A stretch of DNA of 39,920 nt. Source: a virus. The notes below the pieces were generated by a model that made no database searches, was not told where the DNA came from, and saw nothing but the letters and a program-made list of their open reading frames with translations. Below, one piece after another: positions 11,253-22,597 of the stretch. The stretch lies in the UHGV virus genome UHGV-1299713. One strand, 5' to 3'. Numbering within the stretch: the first letter of the stretch is position 1; every line of letters begins with the position of its first letter. The position numbers and the translations under genes were made by a program.

Positions 11253-11752
11253 TATTCGCTCCCGTTATCGCAAGGTTCCTTTCGCTGGAAGTAATTCCAA
11301 CAGTTCCACTTCGCCAACTGGTTACCACTACCAACAGGCATACGGTTTGGATAACCGGACTTACATTTAGCGGCTTTTGCTCTGTCCATTGCAGACAGTT
11401 TTACGAGTCGCTCTTTCCCGTATCTGGCAGTGGTTATAAGTTTTGCAGACGCTTCCAGCGCATAATCTGGAGCAATGCGGCAGGCAAGGTTGAAAATGAC
11501 GGCATTTATAGCGTTATTTGATAAGCCGTGCTCATCGCCAGGATCTGGAGCGACATCTGCATCAGCAAAAATGTAGCCAACGTTGATCCCAGGTGACACA
11601 TCACCGCCAAGCCATTCAGCCATCATCATTTCAAGGTCGTTGACGCCATCTTCCATGGACTGCGGTTCGACATCGGTTAACGTGGCATTTGATGCCACAC
11701 CGAGCTTACGTAATGCCGCAAGAACTAAATCACCCTTCGTTGTCAGGTTCAT
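11252..11752 (-). CDS. Head-to-tail adaptor, P22 gp4 homolog (start at [10 protein letters not shown], not the longer ORF)
   Basis: [43 protein letters not shown] matches P22 gp4; 166 aa. Confidence 0.85.
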   Translation of the reverse strand: MNLTTKGDLVLAALRKLGVASNATLTDVEPQSMEDGVNDLEMMMAEWLGGDVSPGINVGYIFADADVAPDPGDEHGLSNNAINAVIFNLACRIAPDYALEASAKLITTARYGKERLVKLSAMDRAKAAKCKSGYPNRMPVGSGNQLAKWNCWNYFQRKEPCDNGSE

Positions 11753-12323
11753 CTGCTGCCGCCTTAGGTTTTCGACCAGGCTTTTTACGCTGTTTTTCTT
11801 CTGGCTCTGGCTCTGCAATAGCCGGACGCAAACTCAGGAGTCGTCCAAGAACATCATTTGCTTCATGACCATCCCACTCTTTCCCGAACTCAAGCTCAGT
11901 ACCTTCAGGAAGGAACTCGATTTCTTCAACAGGTAGGTGATAAGTGATTTCGCCTTCTGGAGTGGTGATACCAGCAATGATCCAGCCATCCCACTCTTCA
12001 CCGTCACTGTGTTTGCGAGACCACCACGAAAGCTCAGCGTAAGCATGCATCAGCGATGAGAAGAGGCGCACTCGGTGAGCGTAAAGCTCGTTAAAAGTGT
12101 GATAACCGTCGGACACTTCGCCCATATCAACTGGGGAAGTTTCACCTCCGCCAACACTCCCAATTTGATCACCAACAAGAGGATCATCAGGAACATCGTC
12201 AGGGTGCTTATACCAGCCATTTGCTAAGTGCACAGCTACATCATCAGGATCAACGGTTTTCGTTTTCAGCTTGCGTCCCCAGATTTTGGTATCTCCGCCA
12301 GCCTGAAAAATCATTACGCTCAT
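11730..12323 (-). CDS. Hypothetical protein between coat and gp4 (acidic body, basic Pro/Lys-rich tail)
   Basis: ATG at 12323 with GGAG 6 nt upstream; the ORF-track N-terminal extension overlaps the coat gene and is probably not translated. Confidence 0.6.
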   Translation of the reverse strand: MSVMIFQAGGDTKIWGRKLKTKTVDPDDVAVHLANGWYKHPDDVPDDPLVGDQIGSVGGGETSPVDMGEVSDGYHTFNELYAHRVRLFSSLMHAYAELSWWSRKHSDGEEWDGWIIAGITTPEGEITYHLPVEEIEFLPEGTELEFGKEWDGHEANDVLGRLLSLRPAIAEPEPEEKQRKKPGRKPKAAADEPDNEG

Positions 12324-12366
12324 TGGTATCTCCAATAGAAAAGGGAGCCGAAGCTCCCTCTGGTTA

Positions 12367-13662
12367 TCACGCGGTCTGGTTAGGCAGACCAACACCAATT
12401 GCCTCTGGTCGTACAGCACATGCTGAATACCACACAGCAATACGGCACTTACCAGACAGAGTGTTGATATCACCCTGCGTTGCGAAGATGCCGTTAACAC
12501 CAATGCCAGGAATGCTGAAGGAAGACGTTTTCATGCCAGCAAACAGTTCATGGGTTACCGGGATCGGCTGAGACAGCAGACGGATTGAGTCATCAGCCCA
12601 GAACACGTTAGCGGTGGTTGTTGCCACGTTCAGAACGTTTACCGGAGTGGTATCAGCAAGAGAGGTGTTTACGTTAGCGTAAGCCTTCTCTTCTTTTGTC
12701 AGTGACGCGTCATCCAGTGCAATCGGTTTCGGTGTGATTTCGATGTGAGTACCATCGATCACACGGGTGATTGAGAAAGTCGCATCATCAGTTAGCACGT
12801 TCTTCGCCATCTGAGACAGGAATTTCACACCAGTGAAGCTGATTTTGTCGCCGCGCTTAAACCCGGTGGTGGAGGATACGGTCACCGTTGCAACACGGTT
12901 GTCAACGTTCTCTTTGTTACCATCGGTATCAAGGGTGTATGCCTGCGGCTTAAACTTCTGCGCACCAGACACAGTTACACCAGTAGCGGTTGACTTGGTA
13001 ACTGCCGGAAGTTTCGGTGAGCGAAGAATTTCATCAAAGCCAGCAATCTGACGCTGAATAGTACCGTTGCGATACGCTTCTTCAGGAACGCGCCCAAAGA
13101 TGTCACCATCTACCAGGTTGCGGCCTGCTTTGCGGTAATCGTCAGGGTTCAGGAAGTAACTGATGCCCATATCGCGGTTTAGCTCACGGGAGAACATCAG
13201 GCGCTCTGCATCAGACACAAAATCCCAGCCAGACAGGCCAGTAGATGAACCAATTGCGCGGGTATCGTGAACAACAAGCGAGCCCATTTCAGTTGCCTGT
13301 TTGGCAATCGCTGACTCAATGTTATTCGCCAGTTTTTTGGCGGATGCCTGGATGCGGCGACGGTAAGAACGCTCATCACGCAGGTCATCTGCACGAAGCT
13401 CGAAAAAATCGTTATCCGGATCGCCCATGTTGCATTTCACGGAGAGTTCCAGAATCCCGGTTGCGTTGCCAGTTAAATCCCAACCAGTCTGGGTTGGCGC
13501 TTCCTGCTCAACAGGCATCCACACGGTGTTGCTTGAACGCTGCATGGATTCTGCCGGAGGGGTGTATTTTGTCACTTTGGACGCCATTGGCGTCAGGTTC
13601 TGGACGGTTTCGATGATTTCATCCAGAGCATACGTGACCAGTTGACCTTCATTTAATGCCAT
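12367..13662 (-). CDS. Major capsid (coat) protein, P22 gp5 homolog
   Basis: 431 aa; [20 protein letters not shown] and long stretches match P22 coat as recalled. Confidence 0.9.
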   Translation of the reverse strand: MALNEGQLVTYALDEIIETVQNLTPMASKVTKYTPPAESMQRSSNTVWMPVEQEAPTQTGWDLTGNATGILELSVKCNMGDPDNDFFELRADDLRDERSYRRRIQASAKKLANNIESAIAKQATEMGSLVVHDTRAIGSSTGLSGWDFVSDAERLMFSRELNRDMGISYFLNPDDYRKAGRNLVDGDIFGRVPEEAYRNGTIQRQIAGFDEILRSPKLPAVTKSTATGVTVSGAQKFKPQAYTLDTDGNKENVDNRVATVTVSSTTGFKRGDKISFTGVKFLSQMAKNVLTDDATFSITRVIDGTHIEITPKPIALDDASLTKEEKAYANVNTSLADTTPVNVLNVATTTANVFWADDSIRLLSQPIPVTHELFAGMKTSSFSIPGIGVNGIFATQGDINTLSGKCRIAVWYSACAVRPEAIGVGLPNQTA

Positions 13663-14573
13663 TATCGAATTCCTTTATTCAGTTGCGCCTTGAGCTTGCG
13701 GTATGTCTCTACATCCCCTTTGTTTGCTGCCGCTTCCATCTGCTTTTCAATCGCAGATATATTTGCAGCAACAGCGTGTCCCTGAATGGGTTCATCAGGT
13801 AGCGGGGCTTCTGAAACAGGTTTGGCTCGAGGCTTGAGAGTTAAACGTTCTGACAGTCGAGTGAGTTCAATCAGCGCGGATTGCCCGTCCATCGCCAGCA
13901 ACTGGCGTGTTTTCTCAGGATTAGCACCAAGGTGATACATGAGAGCGGCGGATTTCTCCGGGAAGAGGCGCATGATGTCGGCACCGACTGCTGGCGGCAC
14001 CAGTTGCATGAATGCATCCTCTTTCTCCTGATAGTCAGGGATATTGAGCTTTTCCGCTGCGTCGTAGTGCTTACGGGCTGCCTCGACGTATTGCGCTGAT
14101 TGCTGGGTGAACTCCTGAGTTTTGCGACCCTGCTCGGCGACAGCCTGGCTTCGTGCGTCCATAGCCTTGATCTGCCATTCACTGTTTGCCTGCTGGAAGG
14201 CAGCCAGTGCGCGGCTCTGGTCATAGTCGTACTTAGCCAGCGCATCTTCGGAAAGATAATCGTTAGGGTCTGGTTGTTTTGGTAACTCAGGGTTCACCCG
14301 CAGGTGCTCCGGCAATTCTCCACGCTTAACCGCTTCCATCTGCTGCTCAAGCTCACGCTGGCGTTTGCGTTCGATGCGGCGACGGGCAAATTCAGCATTA
14401 GTTGCCGGGTCTTGTTTTGGTTTCTCATCGTCTTTCAGGACAATCTCAAAGCCTTCTTCCTGACCTGCGCTGTCGTTGGCATTATCGACAACTAAGCCAT
14501 CAGCAGATGCCGCTGCATGATTGCCGGGCAGGGTTAATTCTTCAGAAGCCTGAATGTCGGTGGTTTGGTCCAT
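13662..14573 (-). CDS. Scaffolding protein, P22 gp8 homolog
   Basis: 303 aa, charged helical protein, correct synteny. Confidence 0.85.
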   Translation of the reverse strand: MDQTTDIQASEELTLPGNHAAASADGLVVDNANDSAGQEEGFEIVLKDDEKPKQDPATNAEFARRRIERKRQRELEQQMEAVKRGELPEHLRVNPELPKQPDPNDYLSEDALAKYDYDQSRALAAFQQANSEWQIKAMDARSQAVAEQGRKTQEFTQQSAQYVEAARKHYDAAEKLNIPDYQEKEDAFMQLVPPAVGADIMRLFPEKSAALMYHLGANPEKTRQLLAMDGQSALIELTRLSERLTLKPRAKPVSEAPLPDEPIQGHAVAANISAIEKQMEAAANKGDVETYRKLKAQLNKGIR

Positions 14574-14586
14574 GATTAACTCTCTC

Positions 14587-16752
14587 TTATTGAGGTGTCT
14601 CGGCTACTCCGCCGGAGGGGATTTGAACTTGACGCATAAGATTCGCGAAATCCATGCGTTGTGAATGAGTCTGGTCTGCATCTTTAAGAAGCAGCTCAGC
14701 GTTAGCACGAGCATCTTTGCTGCGCTGTTGCTGGAATTGACCTACGAGCTTGAGGTACTCACGCAGTTCTGCCTGCTTGTCGAGGTCCATATTGTTGAAT
14801 ATTTCTGCAATCTTCGCGGCGTTGAGTTGGTTTTGGGCTTCAACCTTGGCAGCTTCAACCTGAATCTGCGCCTGTTGGTTCTCTGCCTTGAGCAATTCAG
14901 CCTGACCTTGCAGAAGGATACCCTGCGCCTGAATTTGCTCTGCTGATGGCTGCTGCGGCTGTTGTTGTGCCTGCTGCACCATCTCCATCTCTTCAGGTGT
15001 TTCTGGTTTCTTCAGCCCCATCATCACCAGTTGCTTGTTCGCGTACTCTCGCATCATCTCGACGCCTTTACCGTCAAGCAGCGTGAAGTATTGCAGCATC
15101 AGCATCTGGAACTCTGGAGTACCTTGCGGAACCTTGGTGAGTAACTCCTGAATCTCTGCGCGGTTCTGTTCCTTCATACTCTGGAAGGATGGTCCAACGT
15201 CTGTATAGCACTCATAGCGACCGCGAATGTCGTTGAGTGTGACCACATTGCCAGACTGGTAATCTACAACTTGCGCATAGAGTTGAATGTCTTTCTCGCT
15301 TCCATCTTCAAGTGTCAGCGTTACATGACGAGGAACGTCATAAATATCGTTGACCATTGAGGCATAAATCTCGCCATCACGTCGCATTGCGGTAGCCAGG
15401 TTATCCTGAAACACGTATGTCTCAAGGTCTGCCCGCATGTTCAGTTGATTGACGGTATCGAAAGCGACCTGAGAGTTTGCTGCCTGCGCATCCACGCCAA
15501 GACTAGCCACCTCTTTCACTGCGTTGGTGGCTGCCTCAAGCATGTAAGCGTTGGCTTGCGGCACTTCAGGGTTTTCCATGTAGGAGATTGGACCAATCGG
15601 CAGGTCGTTACCGTTTTCATCGGTCCTGTTCTGCAGATAGTACGGATAGTCGTCATTTCCACCGTACATGTATTCGTAGCCTTCTATTTGCTCAGGGAAG
15701 AAGGTCGGTTTCTTCTTCGGTGACCGAGCAACAATATCGGCGTTGAATGACATGATCATGTTACGAAGGCGTTGGCCGTCTTTCGTCAGCCTTACCACGC
15801 CTTCGTAGCACTCCTTGTCACCAGCAAATGACCATTCGCCATACACTGGAACGATTGGGATATGCTCTCCGGCTATCTTCTCTCGGTCTTTCAGTATCTG
15901 CGTGCAGGTGATGATCGACTTATACACACGCCGACGCTTCACCTTGCGCTCTGCTACCTTAATGAATCCACGATTAGCCAGGTCGTCGATAACGTCTTTA
16001 ATATCCTGCTGGTAATAGCTGACCGGCTCACCTGTCAGCGGGTCGCGATAGATGAAGACTTTCTCTTTCTTCTCTTCGACCTCGTAATACTCAGCGACGT
16101 AGACGACATCATTCGATACCCACGGAAACAGCCATGTATCGTTCGGATTCTGGAAAGATGGCAAGGCGTCCGGATCAATACCGTAATCCTCTGCGAACTC
16201 TTTCCAGCCATTGCGCGACAAGGCGTTAATCACCGTGCAATGCTTAGCGTCGCTCTTATCCATCTGCTTGCTGTTGGCGTCCCATATGACGTGTGAGCAG
16301 GCTTCATGGATTGGAAGGCGTCGGATTACCTGATTGTTGCTTGTTGGGTCGTTGTCTTCGTACTGCGTGACCAGACGCCATGCACCAACGCCAGACTCTA
16401 TCTGCTCACGAACGCCAACGTTAACGGCAATCTTTGCCGTGTTATGGCGCATATCAGTACGGTACATCCCCATCAACACATCGGCTGCATCAGGATTAGC
16501 ACCGTCTTTTGGTCGGAAGAGAACGTCGATAGGGTTCCGGCGCATCTCTGCGACCAGTTTCCTGACCACCGGGCGAACAACATCGAATTGTCCGCGATAT
16601 TGCAGGGTGGTGTAGTTTGATAGCCAGTCATCCCATTGCGACACTCGGCTAAAATACAGGTCATTTGTCGCCTCGGTTCTGGCTTCATCGCTCGCCATCC
16701 AGTCTGCGTCAAACTTACACAGAATGGAATTGAGTCTGTTTTCGTCGGCCAT
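14587..16752 (-). CDS. Portal protein, P22 gp1 homolog
   Basis: 721 aa, correct synteny, Gln-rich C-terminal barrel region. Confidence 0.9.
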   Translation of the reverse strand: MADENRLNSILCKFDADWMASDEARTEATNDLYFSRVSQWDDWLSNYTTLQYRGQFDVVRPVVRKLVAEMRRNPIDVLFRPKDGANPDAADVLMGMYRTDMRHNTAKIAVNVGVREQIESGVGAWRLVTQYEDNDPTSNNQVIRRLPIHEACSHVIWDANSKQMDKSDAKHCTVINALSRNGWKEFAEDYGIDPDALPSFQNPNDTWLFPWVSNDVVYVAEYYEVEEKKEKVFIYRDPLTGEPVSYYQQDIKDVIDDLANRGFIKVAERKVKRRRVYKSIITCTQILKDREKIAGEHIPIVPVYGEWSFAGDKECYEGVVRLTKDGQRLRNMIMSFNADIVARSPKKKPTFFPEQIEGYEYMYGGNDDYPYYLQNRTDENGNDLPIGPISYMENPEVPQANAYMLEAATNAVKEVASLGVDAQAANSQVAFDTVNQLNMRADLETYVFQDNLATAMRRDGEIYASMVNDIYDVPRHVTLTLEDGSEKDIQLYAQVVDYQSGNVVTLNDIRGRYECYTDVGPSFQSMKEQNRAEIQELLTKVPQGTPEFQMLMLQYFTLLDGKGVEMMREYANKQLVMMGLKKPETPEEMEMVQQAQQQPQQPSAEQIQAQGILLQGQAELLKAENQQAQIQVEAAKVEAQNQLNAAKIAEIFNNMDLDKQAELREYLKLVGQFQQQRSKDARANAELLLKDADQTHSQRMDFANLMRQVQIPSGGVAETPQ

Positions 16753-18252
16753 TTAAGTTCTCCGTGCGATGGGCCTGATTGGGGCTGGTATCTTTTTCTC
16801 TTTTGGTTTTTTGATGTCGCGCATCATTTTTGCGAAGCGGCGCATCATGTATGCATAGCGAACGGCTGAGAGAACGTCGTCGTTAAGCTTGACGATTTTC
16901 CCGTTTTCATCACGGTGGTAGAGGCGGAACTCCTCAAAGAATGGCTCACAGGTGTTGAATACTTTGAAGCGACCATCGAGCATCATGTCGCGCAATTCAG
17001 TGATGCCAGGCTCAACAGCATTACCGCCATCAGGCCATGTCGCATGCTCCTGTAACATCATAAATCCAGCGTCTGCATACTGCCCTTTGAGCTGCTCACC
17101 GCCGCCCTTCTCATGCTGGTTTCCGTCATGAGGCCATGCTGTTGGCACTTTATGCGCCCATGATTTAACCGCTCCCCATGCCTGAACGGCTGTTTTTTCT
17201 TTCGCCTTCCACACGCGTGAAACGTAGATTGTGTCTGCGTCCTTATCCCACCAAAGCTGAACCTGCGCCTGAGGGTGATCCCATCCGAAATCCATCCCGC
17301 CAATTACGTAGAAGTGATCAGGACACTCGAACGGCTGGCACTTAATCGTCTCTTCCGGTATCTGGAAGATTCGACCGCTACCCATCGTAGGAATACCGCG
17401 AGCACGCGCCTCTCTCTCATGCTCGGGATAGGATGCGATGATTTGCTCTTTCTGCTCGTCGGTGTAGTGCTCAGCGTCATAGATGGTCATGTTGACCACT
17501 TTCTGAGACTTGCTGGGATTCTTCAGGAACTTGGTAACAACGTCAGACATCCCCATCAGCGGGGTAAACGTCAGAATTGAGAATTGCCCGTATTTGTTGG
17601 TACGGGTAAGACCTTCGCCATAAATGCTGTATGGTGGTTCTTCGTCAAACCACACGCCATGGATTGTGTCACCCTGCCAGCGAGCGCGGCCTTGCGAGTA
17701 TGGCTTGAAGTAGCAGATTGAAATGCCATCTTCAACGCCATCAGCCGTGTGATGCTTAACCAGAAGATGATCAACAAGGTTCGGAAAGAAAGGAGACTTC
17801 TTCCAGCTAATGATGTCCTCTTTCGGTATGGAGCCGTAGCCAGGCTCATCATTCTCTTCGATACGACCGCACAGGATGCGTTGAGTCGTTTTGGTTACAG
17901 TCTCGTTTGTCTCTCCACCAATCCAGAAGACAACAGGCTCATAGAAACGCTTACCTTTCCACTCCCCGCCATATTTACCATCAGCCGGATAGCCTTTTGT
18001 TCCCGGATAACGCCCGGTAAGGTGAAACGCGACTTCAGCAGCACCAGTAAATGACTTACCAAGCTGGTTACCAGCCATAAAACATCGCTCTGGATAGTCA
18101 TGTCCGGCGTCGATGAACTCACGCTGTTTGCTGTATGGCGTAAATTCATATAGCAGGTGTGTGTTCCGGTAGTTCTCTTCTTCTTCGAGTAGTTCGAGCA
18201 ATTCGATTTGCTCTTCGTCGCTCAGGTTATCAAGAATCGCGTCCAGTTCCAC
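16753..18252 (-). CDS. terL: Terminase large subunit, P22 gp2 homolog
   Basis: 499 aa, correct synteny. Confidence 0.9.
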   Translation of the reverse strand: MELDAILDNLSDEEQIELLELLEEEENYRNTHLLYEFTPYSKQREFIDAGHDYPERCFMAGNQLGKSFTGAAEVAFHLTGRYPGTKGYPADGKYGGEWKGKRFYEPVVFWIGGETNETVTKTTQRILCGRIEENDEPGYGSIPKEDIISWKKSPFFPNLVDHLLVKHHTADGVEDGISICYFKPYSQGRARWQGDTIHGVWFDEEPPYSIYGEGLTRTNKYGQFSILTFTPLMGMSDVVTKFLKNPSKSQKVVNMTIYDAEHYTDEQKEQIIASYPEHEREARARGIPTMGSGRIFQIPEETIKCQPFECPDHFYVIGGMDFGWDHPQAQVQLWWDKDADTIYVSRVWKAKEKTAVQAWGAVKSWAHKVPTAWPHDGNQHEKGGGEQLKGQYADAGFMMLQEHATWPDGGNAVEPGITELRDMMLDGRFKVFNTCEPFFEEFRLYHRDENGKIVKLNDDVLSAVRYAYMMRRFAKMMRDIKKPKEKKIPAPIRPIARRT

Positions 18253-18718
18253 GGTTGAATAGCTCCTTGATACGAGAGCGCCGCTTATCGCGATCTCCCT
18301 TATCAGGTGTCACGTCTTCAACTTGCGACTGCTCTTTGAGGCCCAAATCACGGGCGATGATGTTAGCGTTGAGAAGGTCAGCGGCTGCGCCAGAGAATTT
18401 CTGGTCGTAGATGACCTGTTCTGCTCGCGTAACGACTTCAGATAAATCTTCTCGCAGGCGATATGTGCGCCATGTTTCAAGCGTCACATCAATGAACAGA
18501 GTGAGGCCGGTAATGGTCATCGCTCGCATCTTGGCGATAGGCTCTTGTATCACTTCACCCTGATACGAGAACGCCTTCATCTCCCATAGCGGGTTAGCTT
18601 CCACCCACTCGAAGTATTCACAACAAGCAGCCCACAGCGCCTCAGGCGATTCGAATTTCGGGTTTCGCCCATGACTACTGCGGGCCTCCCAAAATCGGTT
18701 GCCCTTTGGTGCTGCCAT
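18230..18718 (-). CDS. terS: Terminase small subunit, P22 gp3 homolog
   Basis: 162 aa; contains a pac-like sequence. Confidence 0.85.
   Translation of the reverse strand: MAAPKGNRFWEARSSHGRNPKFESPEALWAACCEYFEWVEANPLWEMKAFSYQGEVIQEPIAKMRAMTITGLTLFIDVTLETWRTYRLREDLSEVVTRAEQVIYDQKFSGAAADLLNANIIARDLGLKEQSQVEDVTPDKGDRDKRRSRIKELFNRGTGRDS
18430..18451 (-). promoter_or_regulatory. pac: Candidate pac site for headful packaging
   Basis: Minus-strand GAAGATTTATCTGAAGTCGTTA inside terS; 20 of 22 matches to the P22 pac sequence as I recall it. Confidence 0.5.
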
Positions 18719-18747
18719 ATTAATCTCACTTAATCGTTATTTCAGGT

Positions 18748-18918
18748 TGAGGACTCTTTCGCGCCTTCAATCAGTGACTGCTTCAGCAATTCGAGTGTGC
18801 CAATCGCCTCGCATAAACTGATTTCACCATCGTAATCATGGATAACGATTTCCAGCCGCTCGTATAGCTCTTGAGTAATTGGGAATTTCTTCTCCTTACC
18901 AAGATCAACGATGCTTGT
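18748..18918 (-). CDS. Small hypothetical protein (about 57 aa), below the ORF-track size cutoff
   Basis: ATG-initiated ORF read by eye between terS and the next gene; acidic. Confidence 0.3.
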
Positions 18919-18930
18919 CATAGAGGATTC

Positions 18931-19218
18931 CTATAATTTTGAATATCCAGACTCAAATACCTCAGCAGGAGAATATGATTCATATCCATCCTCATAGACA
19001 ACGTAATAGCCTCCAGACATTGGTCGGTGCTTACAGATATATTCCGCGCTAACATCAAATGCTGCGTATTTCTTATCATCCGGATGAATAATTGCCCCAT
19101 AACTAGAAGAGCCAGTCTTACCAGACTGATCTGGGTTTGGCTTATGTTCTATAGAGCCAATCTTCAGGGCGCGAACTTTTTTGTGGCACTGGTATCTCGG
19201 CATTTCTTGTTCAGTCAT
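18931..19218 (-). CDS. Hypothetical protein
   Basis: 95-aa ORF packed between small genes upstream of terS. Confidence 0.5.
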   Translation of the reverse strand: MTEQEMPRYQCHKKVRALKIGSIEHKPNPDQSGKTGSSSYGAIIHPDDKKYAAFDVSAEYICKHRPMSGGYYVVYEDGYESYSPAEVFESGYSKL

Positions 19219-19221
19219 CTC

Positions 19222-19464
19222 TTACACTCCGGTGGTGAACAGGTCTAACGCTTCCTTCGATTTACGCACCGCTTCGATAGTGCGGGTCGTGATATCTGAA
19301 TTAGCGCCACCTGACTGGAAGTGAATTTTGAATAGCTCAAGCTTCAGCTCGTCAGTGCCAATGAACTGAAATGCTTCCTCTGCGGCTGCGTTCTGGTTCA
19401 TGACCAGTTTGTAAATCTCTAACTGGAATTTCTGTTCTTCAGTCATGGGAATAATCTCTGCCAT
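19222..19464 (-). CDS. Hypothetical protein
   Basis: 80-aa ORF; AACGGAGCC upstream of the ATG. Confidence 0.5.
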   Translation of the reverse strand: MAEIIPMTEEQKFQLEIYKLVMNQNAAAEEAFQFIGTDELKLELFKIHFQSGGANSDITTRTIEAVRKSKEALDLFTTGV

Positions 19465-19564
19465 TGTTGGCTCCGTTTATCCGTTAAAAGGGATATCAGT
19501 TAAGTTATCCCGGGTATAAGCCATTATCAAAGCCACTCTGTAGGGAATGGCTTTTGTGATGGCA

Positions 19565-19590
19565 ATAAAAAAGGCCGCCTGAGCGACCTG
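19565..19590 (-). terminator. Rho-independent terminator (AGGUCGC-UCAG-GCGGCCU stem-loop with one G-U pair, then U6)
   Basis: Read directly from the sequence immediately downstream of the 19599..19784 ORF. Confidence 0.5.
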
Positions 19591-19598
19591 TTAGTTGT

Positions 19599-19784
19599 TC
19601 ACAACTTCCATTGAAGGTCCAGCATGTCGAAAAATGATCCGCATTTAGGGGGATTTTCCATTCTTGCCATCTCTTCAGCCGCTTTGTAATAAGCCATTGG
19701 CCTTTTCACACCATCAGCACCAGTGATGTATTCAACGCCTTCCTTCGGATCTTTGTTCACGGAAACCATCGCAACCTCTTCCAC
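19599..19784 (-). CDS. Small hypothetical protein (a shorter ATG start at MVSVNKD is possible)
   Basis: ORF directly followed by the terminator. Confidence 0.4.
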   Translation of the reverse strand: MEEVAMVSVNKDPKEGVEYITGADGVKRPMAYYKAAEEMARMENPPKCGSFFDMLDLQWKL

Positions 19785-20055
19785 TTGTTCATCATCGATT
19801 CAGCGGATGTCTTTCCATCAGTCCGCCACCACAAAGAATCTTTTTTGCCATAAGGCAGGAGGTTCATCTTTCAGTGGCTGCCAGTGTTATTTCCCCACTT
19901 ACTGGCTTGGGTTGCTTCGTGGTACTGCCGTAACTGGTGGTGCACAGATTTAGTTAAATCTGTTCTCGCCTGAACTATCTTTTACATACCCGGATTGTGG
20001 GGATGTAAATCACGGTTTCATTATCAAGCCCACCCGTAGATGGGCTTTGGAATGG

Positions 20056-20574
20056 TCACTTTGGCAGTCCGGGGATCGATATTTGCGCCTGCTGCTCAAG
20101 CCTTTCGATTCTTGCTATGAGTTGCGGTTTTTTGATCCTGCCCCAGCGGTTCAGCAAGCGTCCTGACATACTGGCAACATCCTTTTCCTTCATGAACTCC
20201 AGCATTAACTCGTTGTGCTCTCTTTGGTATGAGTGAGCCATCTCCATCAGCCTGTCACGCATCCAATTAAATGCTTTGATAAACGCCTCTTTGATGGCGG
20301 CAGCTTTTTTGCCGGTAAACGACATGATGATGTACATCGCGCCGTCTTTGGAAATTTCATATTCAACATACTGATTACCCTTGTGTTCATAGGTAACCCG
20401 CGAAAAGTTGCTGGTTAGAAATTCATCCGAACAGTCTAGCTTTTCGATTTTCTGAATGATGTGGTGATGCTGCTTGTCGAAGTAAGCTGCTACCTTGCGG
20501 GAGGTTGTGATCACGCGATCACCAGAAACAACCACCATGTCCCGGAAATCGAGATTAGCCAATTGATGATTCAT
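20056..20574 (-). CDS. rha: Rha-family phage regulatory protein (start at MNHQLANLDF, not the 253-aa ORF)
   Basis: Placement after the lysis genes as in P22; sequence reads as Rha-family (MNHQLANLDFRDMVVVSGDRVITTSRKVAAYFDKQHHHIIQKIEKL). Confidence 0.7.
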   Translation of the reverse strand: MNHQLANLDFRDMVVVSGDRVITTSRKVAAYFDKQHHHIIQKIEKLDCSDEFLTSNFSRVTYEHKGNQYVEYEISKDGAMYIIMSFTGKKAAAIKEAFIKAFNWMRDRLMEMAHSYQREHNELMLEFMKEKDVASMSGRLLNRWGRIKKPQLIARIERLEQQAQISIPGLPK

Positions 20575-20716
20575 AGCGTCTTTACCTTTTAGAAAGTGAG
20601 CCTGTCTCACAGAAAAGCCGCCCGAGAGAGGTCGCCACCTATAACGGCATTTCTCAGGCTCGCTTACTGAAAGGCTCTCGTTAATATGCGCGTGAGATGC
20701 GCTGTGAAATTCAGAT

Positions 20717-20741
20717 ATAAAAAGCCCCGCGAATGCGAGGC
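20717..20741 (-). terminator. Candidate terminator after the lysis cassette
   Basis: Minus-strand GCCUCGC-AUUC-GCGGGGC hairpin followed by UUUUUAUAU. Confidence 0.4.
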
Positions 20742-20916
20742 TAAATCCTGGTATTTGTAATGAACTGGCTCTTATCTCAACGCAGCCCCTTACCGCGCGC
20801 CAGATGCTCAATATCAAGCATCAGCAATGAGATGTTTAATCTGGATTCACTCCAGAAGTGATCACCACCCTGTCTACAGAGCCAGATGTGAAGGATGATG
20901 AGTAAAATTATCGCTA

Positions 20917-21384
20917 TCATCGAAGGCATTGCGTCCAGATGTATTCCTGAAGCGTTCTCAGTGCTGTTTGGTCGCGGATAATTCCGTCCCGGACACCGAG
21001 AACGTTTCGTCCAGCAACTGGAGAGAGTTCGACGGTGGCATCATTGCCCATGCCGGAGGCGCTGGAGGTTTCTGCTGAGGATGGCATAGGGCATTTTCCT
21101 TTGACGAACACCCGACCACCATTATCAAGCTTGCGCCGAAGAGCATCATTTTCAGCTTTCGCATCAGCTAACTCCTTCGTGTATTTAGCATCGAGTGCAT
21201 CAGCAGAACGCTGGCGCTGCTGCATGTCAGTAATGGTGGCAGTCGCCTGCTTCAGCTCTATGACTTTTTTATCGCGCTGCTCTTTGTAGGCGATTGCGTT
21301 ATCACGGTAATGATTAACCGCCCATGACAGACAGACGATGATACAGATAACCAGAGCAGAGATAATCGCGGTTACTCTGCTCAT
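20917..21384 (-). CDS. Rz: Spanin inner-membrane subunit Rz
   Basis: N-terminal ~75 aa near-identical to lambda Rz; C-terminus diverged. Confidence 0.85.
   Translation of the reverse strand: MSRVTAIISALVICIIVCLSWAVNHYRDNAIAYKEQRDKKVIELKQATATITDMQQRQRSADALDAKYTKELADAKAENDALRRKLDNGGRVFVKGKCPMPSSAETSSASGMGNDATVELSPVAGRNVLGVRDGIIRDQTALRTLQEYIWTQCLR
20958..21164 (-). CDS. Rz1: Spanin outer-membrane lipoprotein Rz1, embedded in Rz in the +1 frame
   Basis: Lipobox [16 protein letters not shown] and a Pro-rich stretch. Confidence 0.6.
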   Translation of the reverse strand: MRKLKMMLFGASLIMVVGCSSKENALCHPQQKPPAPPAWAMMPPSNSLQLLDETFSVSGTELSATKQH

Positions 21385-21857
21385 ACCTCAATCTCTCTGA
21401 CCGTTCCGCCTGCTTCTTTGAATTTTGCAATCAGACTGTCAGCCTTATGCTCGAACTGACCATAGCCAGCCCCCGGCAGTGAAGCCCAGATATTGCTGCA
21501 ACGGTCGATTGCCTGACGGATATCACCGCGATCAATCATGGGTAAAGCACCACGCTCTTTAATCTGCTGTAATGCCACAGCATCCTGGCTTTTCGGAGAG
21601 AAGTCTTTCAGGCCAAGCTGCTTACGATAGGCATCCCACCAACGGGAAAGAAGCTGGTAACGTCCGGCTGCTGTTGATTTGAGTTTTGGGTTTAGCGTGA
21701 CAAGTTTGCGAGGGTGATCGGAGTAATCAGTGAATAGCTCTCCGCCAACAATGACGTCATAACCATGATTTCTGGTTTTCTGCCGTCCGTTATCAGTTCC
21801 CTCTGACCACGCCAGCATATCGAGGAACGCCTTACGTTGATTATTGATTTCCACCAT
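21381..21857 (-). CDS. R: Endolysin, lambda R-type lytic transglycosylase
   Basis: 158 aa, near-identical to lambda R as recalled. Confidence 0.9.
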   Translation of the reverse strand: MVEINNQRKAFLDMLAWSEGTDNGRQKTRNHGYDVIVGGELFTDYSDHPRKLVTLNPKLKSTAAGRYQLLSRWWDAYRKQLGLKDFSPKSQDAVALQQIKERGALPMIDRGDIRQAIDRCSNIWASLPGAGYGQFEHKADSLIAKFKEAGGTVREIEV

Positions 21858-22164
21858 CTTCTACTCCGGCTTTTTTAGCAGCGAAGCGTTTGATAAGCGA
21901 ACCAATCGAGTCAGTACCGATGTAGCCGATGAACACGCTCGTTATATAAGCGAGATTGCTACTTAGTCCGGCGAAGTCGAGAAGGTCACGAATGAACCAG
22001 GCGATAATGGCGCACATCGTTGCGTCGATTACTGTTTTTGTAAACGCACCGCCATTATATCTGCCGCGAAGGTACGCCATTGCAAACGCAAGGATTGCCC
22101 CGATGCCTTGTTCCTTTGCCGCGAGAATGGCGGCTAACAGGTCATGTTTTTCTGGCATCTTCAT
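21841..22164 (-). CDS. S: Holin/antiholin S (dual start MKM)
   Basis: 107 aa, near-identical to lambda S, including the upstream GGGGGTAAGACATGAAGATG context. Confidence 0.9.
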   Translation of the reverse strand: MKMPEKHDLLAAILAAKEQGIGAILAFAMAYLRGRYNGGAFTKTVIDATMCAIIAWFIRDLLDFAGLSSNLAYITSVFIGYIGTDSIGSLIKRFAAKKAGVEDGGNQ

Positions 22165-22462
22165 GTCTTACCCCCAATAAGGGGATTTGCCCTATTTAAT
22201 TAGGAATAAGGTCGATTACTGATAGAACAAATCCAGGCTACTGTGTTTAGTAATCAGATTTGTTCGTGACCGATATGCACGGGCAAAACGGCAGGAGGTT
22301 GTTAGCGCAGCCTCTTGCCACCCGCTTTCACGAAGCCAGCCATTGCGCTGGTTTTCTTTTATGCAAAGCACACCGCACCGTAGCCACAGCGGATAAGGTG
22401 ATTATTTTTGTCTGTCTGGTATTTGGTTTGATGTGCTTTCAGAAAGGTCGTGCTTAAAACGC

Positions 22463-22491
22463 AAAAAGCCCCGAGCTATTAACTCAGGGCT
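22463..22491 (-). terminator. tR'-like intrinsic terminator about 30 to 60 nt downstream of PR'
   Basis: Minus-strand AGCCCUGAG-UUAAUAG-CUCGGGGCU then UUUUUGCGUUUU. Confidence 0.5.
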
Positions 22492-22526
22492 TTATTTAAC
22501 GAGTGCATTTATCCATCGTTGAGTCA

Positions 22527-22555
22527 AATTTACCCAATTTTATTCAATAAGTCAA
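22527..22555 (-). promoter_or_regulatory. Late promoter PR' with Q-utilisation region
   Basis: Minus strand TTGACTTATTGAATAAAATTGGGTAAATTTGACTCAACGATGG matches lambda PR' (-35 TTGACT, 17-nt spacer, -10 TAAATT, ACGAT pause element). Confidence 0.65.
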
Positions 22556-22597
22556 TATCATGCCGTTAATATGTTGCCATCCGTGGCAATCATGCTG

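Noticed and set aside
20575-20817. N-terminal extension of the rha ORF to 253 aa
   Set aside because: The extension spans a candidate terminator and promoter and has no similarity to Rha; the internal ATG at 20574 gives a Rha-sized protein.
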